Source: a bacterium
Lineage (GTDB): Bacteria > Sysuimicrobiota > Sysuimicrobiia > Sysuimicrobiales > Segetimicrobiaceae
Reading direction: 5' to 3'
Assembly (NCBI GenBank): GCA_035945995.1
Contig: DASYZR010000120.1
Location: 927 to 64,926, forward strand
DNA: 64,000 bases
Shown piece by piece: positions 24,442 through 32,624 of the stretch (position 1 is its first letter; each line of letters starts with the position of its first letter). The notes beneath the pieces are model-generated. The model was not told the DNA's origin. It was given only the letters and a program-made list of their open reading frames with translations, and searched no databases. The translations under genes and the position numbers were made by a program.

Positions 24442-24978
24442 TTAGTTCGCACCCGCGACGAGCGACGCGGCGCCCGCCGGAGCGACACTCGGTGCCTGGG
24501 CCGTGGGGGAGACGACCAGTTTGTCCCACATCCCGGCGACTGCGTGTCCCGAGACGCCGCAGATCAACTCGTACGTCCCGGCCTTGCTCGCCTCGAAGGT
24601 GAATGTCTCCTTGGCGCCCTTGGGGAGTCCCGTTGCGGGATCTTTGGTCGTCGCACCCGAGAATACCGGGGCGGCCGACGGCGCCGGCTGCTGGTTCGCG
24701 CCGGAGGGCAACACCGCCAGGCTGTGGGGGAGGTCGTTGGCGTTCACAAAGTGCACGACGACCCGCCAGCCGAGGGGCACGGTAATCGTCATCCCGCCGC
24801 GCTGGTACCCGTTGAAATCGAAGCCCCCGCCGGCCGCGTTCTTACCCGCCACGATCGACAGTTCAACCGTGTGCGCCGCCGCGGCCGAGCCCGCCGTCCC
24901 CGGCACCATTGCCGCGAGGCCCCCGAGGATCCCGACCGCGAGCGCCCGCCACGCCGCTCTTGTCAGGTTGGATGTCAT
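24442..24978 (-). CDS. sulfocyanin-like type-1 blue copper protein
   Basis: ATG 24978 follows GGAGGTGGGAG. Signal/anchor AWRALAVGILGGLAAMV. Ligands LPHSL ... ELICGVSGHAVAGMW, close to the sulfocyanin C-G-x-P-G-H-x3-G-M-W pattern as I recall it. Confidence 0.75.
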   Translation of the reverse strand: MTSNLTRAAWRALAVGILGGLAAMVPGTAGSAAAAHTVELSIVAGKNAAGGGFDFNGYQRGGMTITVPLGWRVVVHFVNANDLPHSLAVLPSGANQQPAPSAAPVFSGATTKDPATGLPKGAKETFTFEASKAGTYELICGVSGHAVAGMWDKLVVSPTAQAPSVAPAGAASLVAGAN

Positions 24979-25204
24979 TGTCTCCCACCTCCGCTTGCGT
25001 TTTGTCGGCACCGTCCTTACCCGCACTGTAACCCGGCGCGGCTGCACGACCATCCCCATACGCCGTCATGGGCCAATGGCGATTTCCCGTCATTCGGCCT
25101 CGGATCGTTGCCCGATGGCGGGATCGGGCGCGGAGACGAGGCCGCTAGGGCGGGGGAATTCAGGGCCGCATGGAGAGGCGGCCGGCGCACAGAAATACCC
25201 GGGT

Positions 25205-26092
25205 ATGGAGACTCAACGGATCGGATTTGTCGGCCTGGGCCGCATGGGGCGCCCGATGGCCCGGCGGCTCGTGCAGGCCGGCTATCGGGTGACCGGATAC
25301 GACCTCAACGACGACGCCCTCGCGGCGGCGCGGCGCGACGGGGCCGCGTCCGCCTCGAGCGTGGCGGAGGCGGCCGGTGAGGCGGACGTGATCATCACCA
25401 TGCTGCCGGACGGACCGGCGGTCGAGCACGCCGCCTACGGTGACCGCGGACTCGCCGCCGCCGTCCGGCCCGGGCAGACGCTGCTCGAGATGACCTCGTC
25501 GCACCCGGCCGTCACCCGGCGGCTCGCCGCCGATCTGGCCGCCCGCGGGGTCGGGGTGCTCGATGCCCCGGTCTCCGGCGGCGTGCGCGGCGCGGAACAG
25601 GGCACCCTCTGCGTGATGGTCGGCGGTCCCGCCGCCCTCATCGAGTTGCAGCGGGCCGTCCTCGAGTGCTTCGGCGGGATCGTCCACGTCGGGGATGCGC
25701 CGGGAGACGGCGACGTCGCCAAGACGATCAACAACCTGATGTCGGCGACGACGATCTGGAGCGCCGTCGAAGCCGTCGCGCTGGCGCGCCGCGCCGGCGT
25801 GGACCCTGTGCGGATGCTCGACGCGGTGAACCGCTCGACCGGCCGCAGTTACACCACGGAGCACAAGGTCGCGCAGTACATGCTGCCCCGGCGGTTCACG
25901 GCCGGCTTCACCGTCGCCCAGTACCTGAAGGACCTCGACATCTGCCTCGACGTCGCCGGCGGTCTGGGCGTCCCCATGGTGCTCGGGGAAGTCGTCCGGC
26001 AAGCGTGGCGGGCGGCGGCCGAGTCGGGCCTGGCGGGCGAGGATCACACGGCGCTCATCACGCTGGTCGAGCGGTGGCTGGGACCAGCCTAG
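25205..26092 (+). CDS. NAD(P)-dependent 3-hydroxyisobutyrate/6-phosphogluconate dehydrogenase-family (HIBADH-like) oxidoreductase
   Basis: METQRIGFVGLGRMGRPMARRL Rossmann. DAPVSGG, GDGDVAKTINN. The 234-aa N-terminal extension of track ORF 24503..26092 is antisense to the blue-copper gene and is rejected. Confidence 0.9.
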   Translation: METQRIGFVGLGRMGRPMARRLVQAGYRVTGYDLNDDALAAARRDGAASASSVAEAAGEADVIITMLPDGPAVEHAAYGDRGLAAAVRPGQTLLEMTSSHPAVTRRLAADLAARGVGVLDAPVSGGVRGAEQGTLCVMVGGPAALIELQRAVLECFGGIVHVGDAPGDGDVAKTINNLMSATTIWSAVEAVALARRAGVDPVRMLDAVNRSTGRSYTTEHKVAQYMLPRRFTAGFTVAQYLKDLDICLDVAGGLGVPMVLGEVVRQAWRAAAESGLAGEDHTALITLVERWLGPA

Positions 26093-26106
26093 CGAGGCCG
26101 GACGGG

Positions 26107-26505
26107 GTGCTCCGGCGCGCGCGCGTCGCGCGGCTGGCGACGGCCGACCGGCAGGGCCGGCCGAGCGTAGTACCGATCTGTTTCGCGGTTCGCGGCCGCC
26201 GGCTCTATTCGGCGATCGACGAGAAACCGAAGCGCGCGGCGCCCCGGCGCCTCAAACGGGTCCGCAATATCGCGGCGAATCCGCACGTCGCCCTCGTGGT
26301 GGACGCGTACCGGGAAGACTGGCGCCGCCTTTGGTACGTCCTCGTCATCGGCACGGCCGAGGTGATTCAGCCTGGCGCGGCCGAGCATGCCGCGGCGCTT
26401 AGAGCCCTCCGCCGGAAGTACCGTCAGTACAGAACGATGCGGCTTGAAGAGCGCCCCGTGCTCGGCATCACGCCGGGCCGCATTGTCATGTGGACGGCGA
26501 CCTGA
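26107..26505 (+). CDS. PPOX-class (pyridoxamine 5'-phosphate oxidase fold) probable F420-dependent enzyme
   Basis: GTG 26107. RRARVARLATADRQGRPSVVPICFAV...LYSAIDEKPK...NPHVALVVD...WRRLWYVLVIGTAEV. Confidence 0.75.
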   Translation: MLRRARVARLATADRQGRPSVVPICFAVRGRRLYSAIDEKPKRAAPRRLKRVRNIAANPHVALVVDAYREDWRRLWYVLVIGTAEVIQPGAAEHAAALRALRRKYRQYRTMRLEERPVLGITPGRIVMWTAT

Positions 26506-27097
26506 CGACGCGGAAGCGGAGATTCGTCAGCTGCCCTGACCGGGTTATGCTCGCCGTTTCCAAGTCGATCGGCAGGGTCCAAGGTCCGCCGTACAGCCGG
26601 ACGCCCTCGCCGAGTAAGACCGGCGCCAGACGAACGAGGATCTCGTCGACAAGGCGTGCGTGGATGCACTGCTGCGCGACGTTGGCGCCGATCACAACCA
26701 CATTTTTGCCCTTGGCGGCGCGAAGGGCCGTGGTGACGGCGCGATGGATATCCCCTGAGAGGAATGTGATCGTCGGATCTTCGGGAACGTCCGGGGCGCG
26801 GTGGGTGAGTACGAATTGCGGTCCGGTCCAGGCTCCGCCGTAGACTGTGCTGAATTCGGCGCGCTGCCCGTTTCTTCTCCCGGTGTCGTAGCTGCGCCGC
26901 CCCACCAGCACCGCACCGGTTGTGCTGACGACCTCGTCGGTGATCGCCCTCATGGCGGACGCCTCGTGCGGTCCCGAATATCGCAAGATCCGGTCCATAA
27001 CGTCGCCCGGGCCGGCGATGAAGCCGTCTAAGGACATCGTCACATGCCAAAGGACTTTGCCCGCCGTGCTTCCATTGCGTCTCAACGTACGTCCCAT
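26486..27097 (-). CDS. dihydrofolate reductase-family protein (RibD C-terminal domain)
   Basis: ATG 27097. GKVLWHVTMSLDGFIAGP...VLVGRRSY...VVIGANVAQQCIHARLVDEILVRLAPVLLGEGVRL. Confidence 0.85.
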   Translation of the reverse strand: MGRTLRRNGSTAGKVLWHVTMSLDGFIAGPGDVMDRILRYSGPHEASAMRAITDEVVSTTGAVLVGRRSYDTGRRNGQRAEFSTVYGGAWTGPQFVLTHRAPDVPEDPTITFLSGDIHRAVTTALRAAKGKNVVVIGANVAQQCIHARLVDEILVRLAPVLLGEGVRLYGGPWTLPIDLETASITRSGQLTNLRFRVVRSPST

Positions 27098-27388
27098 GAG
27101 AACCTCTTCTCTCCCCGCCCGGACCGGGGACGGTCCTTCTCTCACACTAGATAGTCGGACGGACGGCTTCGAAATCGACACGACCGGCGTCTCTCATGAA
27201 CGTACGATGCCCTTGTGGGCACGCCGTGGAGGCGCAGTGGCGAGGTTGTGGAGGTTTCCGTTCTCGGCGGCTGAGCGGCTCGCTCTGGTGGTACGGACGG
27301 AGACGTTCGCGTAAAGCGTACGTCCGCTCGCCGTCAGGCGCGCTCCATCGGAGACCTCGCAGCGCTCTTTCACCCGGATTGTCCCTGT

Positions 27389-27988
27389 CTACTTCTTCTT
27401 CCTCATGACGTCGCAGAGCATGTCCGAGTGGATGTTCAGACCGATATTTGTCATGTTGTAAATGTGCTCGCTGGCGACAAGCCACACGATCTCGCAGATT
27501 TGGCGGTCGGAATAATAGGCGGACATGCGGGCAAAAGTGTTCGGGTTCACCTTTTTGTCCCTTGTCAACTCCGTCACATAGTTCAGAGCGGCACGTTCTG
27601 CATCGGTAAAGAGTGAGCTGGTCTGATAGTGCTCCAGGGCATCGAATTTGGCTTCATTCATCGCCGCTTTGATCACGGCCGCGCGGGCAGCATCGATGCA
27701 GAAAAGGCAGACGTTGATACGCGCCACCTGTACACGGATGAGCACCGCCGTTTCCGGCGGCAGCGACAGCTTCTTATCCAGCGCGCTGACCTTACCGTAG
27801 AACACGCCGAATGCAAGCGGCAATCGGGCGGAATACACCGTCAGCGGTGTAAGCACTTTGCCAAACTGCCGGCGTGTAAAGTAGAACACCAGCTTCATCA
27901 TCACCCCCTTGGGGTTTTCGATGGGAGGAAGAAATGTGCCCTGGGCGTCGGGAACTGCTGGCACTGGGTTTTTCACACTTGCTTGCAT
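27389..27988 (-). CDS. carboxymuconolactone decarboxylase (AhpD-like) family protein, compositionally atypical
   Basis: ATG 27988 follows GGAAGGAG. ...RVQVARINVCLFCIDAARAA...ALNYVTELT.... Three 60-nt lines counted by hand gave 47, 55 and 52% G+C, against about 72% next door. Confidence 0.8.
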   Translation of the reverse strand: MQASVKNPVPAVPDAQGTFLPPIENPKGVMMKLVFYFTRRQFGKVLTPLTVYSARLPLAFGVFYGKVSALDKKLSLPPETAVLIRVQVARINVCLFCIDAARAAVIKAAMNEAKFDALEHYQTSSLFTDAERAALNYVTELTRDKKVNPNTFARMSAYYSDRQICEIVWLVASEHIYNMTNIGLNIHSDMLCDVMRKKK

Positions 27989-28033
27989 GGCTGTCTCCTT
28001 CCACAATGCGTTCATATCCGCTCGACTTCCCAT

Positions 28034-28060
28034 TGTCACATCGATTGGGCTTCATCCGTC
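28034..28060 (+). promoter_or_regulatory. ECF41-type promoter motif TGTCACA-N16-CGTC upstream of the sigma factor gene
   Basis: TGTCACA at 28034..28040, 16-nt spacer, CGTC at 28057..28060. It lies 30 nt before GTG 28090. A 9-bp inverted repeat ATCCGTCAT/ATGACGGAT (28054..28075) overlaps the -10 element. Confidence 0.55.
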
Positions 28061-28089
28061 ATAGTGATGACGGATCGCAAGGAGGAAAC

Positions 28090-28974
28090 GTGACCGTGGG
28101 CGGGAGCGACTGGCTGGCGGGACGGTTCGAGGCCCACCGGACCCACCTAAGAGCGGTGGCCTACCGAATGCTGGGCTCGCTGAGCGAGGCGGACGACGCC
28201 GTCCAGGACGCCTGGCTGCGGCTCAGCCGCTCCGGCGCGAGCGGCGTCGAGAACCTCGGGGGATGGCTGACGACGGTGGTCGCGCGGGTGTGCCTCGACA
28301 TGCTGCGCGCGCGCAAGTCGCGGCGGGAGGAGTCCCTGGGCGTGCACGTGCCCGACCCGATCGTGGGCCGCGAGGATCGGTTCGACCCCGAGCACGAAGC
28401 GCTCCTGGCCGACTCGGTCGGTCTCGCGCTGCTCGTGGTGCTCGAAACGCTCGCTCCCGCCGAACGGCTCGCGTTCGTGCTGCACGACATGTTCGACGTC
28501 CCCTTCGATGAGATCGCGTCCATCGTCGGGCGCTCCCCGGTTGCGGCACGGCAACTCGCGAGCCGCGCACGCCGCCGGGTGCGGGGCGCGGCGACCGTTC
28601 CCGACGTCGATCTCACCCGCCAGCGGTCAGTCGTCGACGCCTTTCTCGCGGCCTCGCGCGGCGGTGACTTCGATGCGCTGCTCACGGTGCTCGACCCAGA
28701 CGTCGTGCTCCGAGCCGACCGCGGCTCCGCGGCTCCGGGAGCATCGCGGCTGGTCCGCGGTGCGCGGGCCGTGGCCGAGCAGGCGCTCACTTTCTCGCGG
28801 CTTGTCGCGTTCGTACGACCGGTACTCGTGAATGGAGCCGCGGGAATCGCGTCCTGGCTTCCGGATGGACGGCTGCTTTCTGTCATGGGCTTCACGATCG
28901 CCCGCGGGAAGATCGTCGAAATTGACGTGCTCGCCGACCCCGAGCGCCTCCGCCGGCTCGACCTCGGCGGTTAA
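28090..28974 (+). CDS. ECF sigma factor, ECF41/SigJ-like, with fused SnoaL-like C-terminal domain
   Basis: GGAGGA RBS then GTG 28090. Region 2 DDAVQDAWLRL. Region 4 LAPAERLAFVLHDMFDVPFDEIASIVGRSPVAARQLASRARRRV. About 110-aa C-terminal extension VVDAFLAASRGGDFDALLTVLDPDVV.... No anti-sigma gene is adjacent. Confidence 0.9.
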   Translation: MTVGGSDWLAGRFEAHRTHLRAVAYRMLGSLSEADDAVQDAWLRLSRSGASGVENLGGWLTTVVARVCLDMLRARKSRREESLGVHVPDPIVGREDRFDPEHEALLADSVGLALLVVLETLAPAERLAFVLHDMFDVPFDEIASIVGRSPVAARQLASRARRRVRGAATVPDVDLTRQRSVVDAFLAASRGGDFDALLTVLDPDVVLRADRGSAAPGASRLVRGARAVAEQALTFSRLVAFVRPVLVNGAAGIASWLPDGRLLSVMGFTIARGKIVEIDVLADPERLRRLDLGG

Positions 28975-29194
28975 CTACGCAATCTGCCTCTGCCGCCGGC
29001 CTTGTTGTGGGCGACGGCGGCGCGCACCAGATGGTACCCCAGTTCCACTCTTCGGTAATGCCGGGGGCGGCCATACTGGATGCCACTGCCCCTGTAGCCA
29101 GATGTTCTCCGGGCAAGGATGAAGTCCACGCGTCTACTCCCTGCCGCCCATGAGCTCGACCCCTGGGCCGCATCGAGGTGGACACGAGTGGTGA

Positions 29195-30358
29195 CTACGC
29201 ATCCCGGTTCCGGCTTTCTCCGTAGGGCGCGAACTCCAGCACGCTGAGGCCACGGTTGCGATCGATCGCGTAGACCAAGCCGCGCGCGTCCACAAAGATG
29301 TCGTTCGTCTGCGGCGCGGCCTCGCCCGCCGGCGTCGGCGGCACGTAGTAGCCGGCCTCGCGCGGCGCGTACGGATCCGAGACGTCGACGGCCCGGACGC
29401 CGCCGCTGAACCACGCGAGGAAGACGAGATTGTCGGGTCCGACATGCTCCCACGGCTGATGTGCACCGAAGCGCCGGCCCGGGACGGCGAGCCCCTCGGG
29501 GCTCGCCTGGTACGTCGCCACCGGCACCGGCCGCGCCTCGTTCGTGATATCGAGCACCCACATGAACGCCGGCGGATCCTCGAGGACGTCGTCGGTGACG
29601 TCTTCGTCGGTGACGACCGCGAACCGGCGGCCGCGGATCGCGTGCGGCAGCGGCAGAAAGGTGTGCGTCGGACACGTGTACGGCGGGTTCCAGGCCGCGG
29701 CCCCGACCGTGCGCGGCGCGCGGAGATCCGTGATGTCGACGATCACGGCGCCGGCACGTCCGCACGCGGCGTACGCCCGCTCGCCCCGGGCGAGCGCGAG
29801 ATGGACCCAGTAGTGCCCGCCGGCCGGGGGCTCCTCTCCCGCCGCCGTGTGCTGCCCCGGCAGCCACCACCGGCCGATCAACTCCGGATGCGCCGGGCGG
29901 GCCACGTCGACGATCGCCAGGATGTTGGTGGAGAACCCGTCCCACTCCGTCGAGAGAAACACGCGGGTCCCGGCGAGGTCGAAGCGGTGGACGCCGCGGG
30001 CGACCGTCGGGAACCGGCCGATGAGGCGTGGCTGCGCCCGATCGGCGATGTCGTAGAGCACGAGACCGACAGCCGGACCATCCGCGCCCGCGCCCCCCCG
30101 GGCGGGGTAGCGTTCGTGGTTCACGAGCATCAGGTCGCCGAGCACCCGCACCTTGTGCGAGTGGATGTCTTGGGGCACGGAAATTTCCGCGACCAGCCGC
30201 GGTGTGCGCGGGTTCGAGACGTCGACGATGCTCGTCCCGTGCGGCGGCGCCATGTGGCCGACGTACGCCCACGGCCCGTCGACGATGACCTGGCCGCCGC
30301 CGGGGATGTCGAGGTAGCCGATGCGGCTGAACTGCGATGCGCGGACAGACTGACTCAA
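29195..30358 (-). CDS. LVIVD-repeat beta-propeller protein, no signal peptide
   Basis: TTG 30358 follows GAGGAGG. Repeats TSIVDVSNPRTP, LVLYDIADRAQP, LAIVDVARPAHP, AVIVDITDLRAP, MWVLDITNEARP, VRAVDVSDPYAP. Confidence 0.8.
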   Translation of the reverse strand: MSQSVRASQFSRIGYLDIPGGGQVIVDGPWAYVGHMAPPHGTSIVDVSNPRTPRLVAEISVPQDIHSHKVRVLGDLMLVNHERYPARGGAGADGPAVGLVLYDIADRAQPRLIGRFPTVARGVHRFDLAGTRVFLSTEWDGFSTNILAIVDVARPAHPELIGRWWLPGQHTAAGEEPPAGGHYWVHLALARGERAYAACGRAGAVIVDITDLRAPRTVGAAAWNPPYTCPTHTFLPLPHAIRGRRFAVVTDEDVTDDVLEDPPAFMWVLDITNEARPVPVATYQASPEGLAVPGRRFGAHQPWEHVGPDNLVFLAWFSGGVRAVDVSDPYAPREAGYYVPPTPAGEAAPQTNDIFVDARGLVYAIDRNRGLSVLEFAPYGESRNRDA

Positions 30359-30592
30359 CGGGGGAGCCTCCTCGCCATGGCCGTGAGCGGAATTCGACGA
30401 CTGCCGTGCTCTTGAATGGTACGCCGGGCGCGGCACGACATCCTCGCTCCGGGCGCACTCATTGCTCAGCGGCCCCCCGGCATCCGATGCGCGTGTGATT
30501 CGTTTCACACCGCACCTGTGTGTGACCTCATCGCCGCTGTGGAGCTGAAGGCCTACGTTTGACGTGACCACACTGCCGACGTCGGGGGGCGG

Positions 30593-31903
30593 ATGATGGG
30601 GCCGGACGTGTTTGATCACAAGCGGCATGCCATCGTCATCAGTGTGTTGGCGGCTGTGTTACTTGCCGTCGCGATGAAACCCGCCGCCGGTCAGCCGCTT
30701 GATCCTCCGCGTGCCGGAATCCTCGACGTGGGCATGGCGCGGCAGTCCCTGCGGATCACGATGGCAACGGAGGGGCTGGAGGGCTCCCAGGCCGATCCCC
30801 CAATTGTGACCGTATCGGTTTGGCTGGACGGTGTGCCGATCCGTGCGGCGCTGCCATTGATTCACATGCCGTCCCGTTTCGCGATGGACATTGATCTCCC
30901 CGCGGGCGTCGTCCGCGTCGGCGGCGTCGCGGTCGGGCGCTTCGCGCCCGTGCCCCCGTTCAGAGAGAATCTGCGATTCCCGGTCGAGGTGACGGTCCGT
31001 CGCGGACCGCTCGTCGCCACGGCCCGCCGGACGGCCACGATCCTCCTGCCGACCGTCATCGTGCCCGGCTATCTCAACGAGGAGGACGGGCCGAGTCAGG
31101 CGGTGCTGACGGTCTTTCGCGGGCATGGCTATACCGACACCGGCGCGGCTCGGAACGTGTTCTGGTTTACCTATCCCTCGCGGCAGATCACGCTCCCGGA
31201 GGGTGCCCAGGCCCTCGCCGCGTATGTGCGCCGCGTCGTGCTGCCCGCGACCTACGCCGCGAGCGTCAACATCGTCGGGTACAGCCTCGGCGGCCTCATG
31301 GCCCGGTGGAACGTCGCCTACGACGTTGACGGCTGGGACACGCTGGTCAACCGGCTCGTGCTGGTCGGCGTGCCCAACGAGGGGACGGTCATAGCCTACT
31401 TGGGGAGCCACGCGCCGTCCGCGCTGCCGGCCTCGGGCCTCGGGCGAACGCCGGCGGCCCGGTCGTTCATGCCGACGTTCCCCTTTTGGCGGGCCGCACC
31501 TACGCTCCCATGGAGCATGCCGCCGGACGCGCAGAATGCCCTTCTCGCCGGGCTCAACGCCCGCGCGATTCCGCCCGACATTCGCATCTATCTCTTCTAC
31601 GGGAGCCATGATCCCCGCGACGCTGCCGGACCGCAGACGTCGGCGGGGATCACCGGCGTCTTGCCCGGCGCCACGCTTTCGTATGGAGCCGGGGATGGGA
31701 TGGTTCTTGCGGCCAGCGCCCAAGGGCTGCCGATCCGCGGGGGGAAGGGTGTGCCCGGCCTGATCGATCGGGCCGTGCTTCGCGTCGACCTGGGCGCCGT
31801 ATATCATACGCGACTCCTCGACGCGGCCGCCGACAGGATCGCCGGAGCATTGCTCGACCGGTTCGCTCACCGGGTGGATGATTGGACGCCGCATTCGCCT
31901 TGA
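30593..31903 (+). CDS. secreted alpha/beta-hydrolase (lipase/esterase-like) with an N-terminal extra domain
   Basis: Signal AIVISVLAAVLLAVAMKPAAG. Nucleophile elbow VNIVGYSLGGLMA. VLVGVPNEG. Confidence 0.75.
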   Translation: MMGPDVFDHKRHAIVISVLAAVLLAVAMKPAAGQPLDPPRAGILDVGMARQSLRITMATEGLEGSQADPPIVTVSVWLDGVPIRAALPLIHMPSRFAMDIDLPAGVVRVGGVAVGRFAPVPPFRENLRFPVEVTVRRGPLVATARRTATILLPTVIVPGYLNEEDGPSQAVLTVFRGHGYTDTGAARNVFWFTYPSRQITLPEGAQALAAYVRRVVLPATYAASVNIVGYSLGGLMARWNVAYDVDGWDTLVNRLVLVGVPNEGTVIAYLGSHAPSALPASGLGRTPAARSFMPTFPFWRAAPTLPWSMPPDAQNALLAGLNARAIPPDIRIYLFYGSHDPRDAAGPQTSAGITGVLPGATLSYGAGDGMVLAASAQGLPIRGGKGVPGLIDRAVLRVDLGAVYHTRLLDAAADRIAGALLDRFAHRVDDWTPHSP

Positions 31904-31969
31904 CCTCACGCGCAGCGGCTGTGTTGAAGCGGACCTGCCGCCCCTCGTTCTCGGCGAAGATCCCTGGGG

Positions 31970-32560
31970 TCAGGGGACGAGCGTGGCGCATTCCCACTCC
32001 GCGCCGGACCGGCAAAACAGCCGGCGGTCGTGCAGTCGCTCCTCCGATCCGTGCCAGGTCTCGATCTCGCGGGGCACCACATAGATGCCCGCGAGGCTCG
32101 GCGGCGCGGGTACGGCGTCGCCGTCCGGATAGCGGTGCCGCAGCTCCCCGATCCCGGCCAGAAACTCCTGTCGCGAGGCGATCCGTGCGCTCTGGGGCCG
32201 GAACTCCGTGTAATAGTGCTCCAGCAACTTGGATCCGTGACTCTTGCGCCGCCAATACGCGTCGACCTGCTCCGGCTCCATCGTCGCGACGCCGCCCCAA
32301 ATCCGGTACTGCCGACGGACGCTCGGCCAGTGAATCAGGATGGCCGCCGTCCCGGCGCCCCGCAGCTGCCGCCACTTGGGGCTGGTGCGGTTGACGAGGA
32401 CGCCGACTCCGCGCTCGGTGACGTCCCGCAACGTCAACGCGCGCCCTTCCGCCCGCTCGGCCGAGGCCACGGTCACCAGATAACAGACGTCGGTGAGCGG
32501 GTCGCCCAGCGCTCTGGCTCGTTCGCGCTCTTGGATGATCTCCTGGATCGGGTCGGCCAT
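31970..32560 (-). CDS. pyridoxamine 5'-phosphate oxidase (PdxH-like)
   Basis: ...RALTLRDVTERGVGVLVNRTSPKWRQL...RRQYRIWG...AYWRRKSHGSKL...IETWHGSEERLHDRRLF. Confidence 0.8.
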   Translation of the reverse strand: MADPIQEIIQERERARALGDPLTDVCYLVTVASAERAEGRALTLRDVTERGVGVLVNRTSPKWRQLRGAGTAAILIHWPSVRRQYRIWGGVATMEPEQVDAYWRRKSHGSKLLEHYYTEFRPQSARIASRQEFLAGIGELRHRYPDGDAVPAPPSLAGIYVVPREIETWHGSEERLHDRRLFCRSGAEWECATLVP

Positions 32561-32624
32561 CGCGTGAGACTCTTCGGACCGGCCGCGATCAGTCCTCCGA
32601 TCGTCGGATCGCGGCGCGGGTGCC

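Noticed and set aside
24503-25204. N-terminal 234 aa of track ORF 24503..26092 (and similarly 51411..52511 of ORF 51411..53297)
   Set aside because: Both extensions are antisense to well-supported minus-strand genes (the blue copper protein and the 2-hydroxyacid dehydrogenase). The recognisable Rossmann N-termini begin at internal ATGs 25205 and 52512.
27098-27388. 290-nt gap between the DHFR-like and CMD genes, containing small hairpins (for example GGACCG-GGGA-CGGTCC near 27118) and track ORFs 27147..27485 and 26922..27314
   Set aside because: The ORFs have junk-like composition. The hairpins are short and imperfect, and I could not recognise a riboswitch. It is probably a 5' UTR plus a weak terminator.
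28975-29194. 220-nt convergent spacer of somewhat lower GC, with open stretches in several frames (for example ...RVDFILARRTSGYRGSGIQYGRPRHYRRVELGYHL...)
   Set aside because: I could not match any frame to a known family such as a transposase or integrase fragment, toxin or small protein. There is no start/RBS context. It is left unannotated, though it may be a gene remnant.
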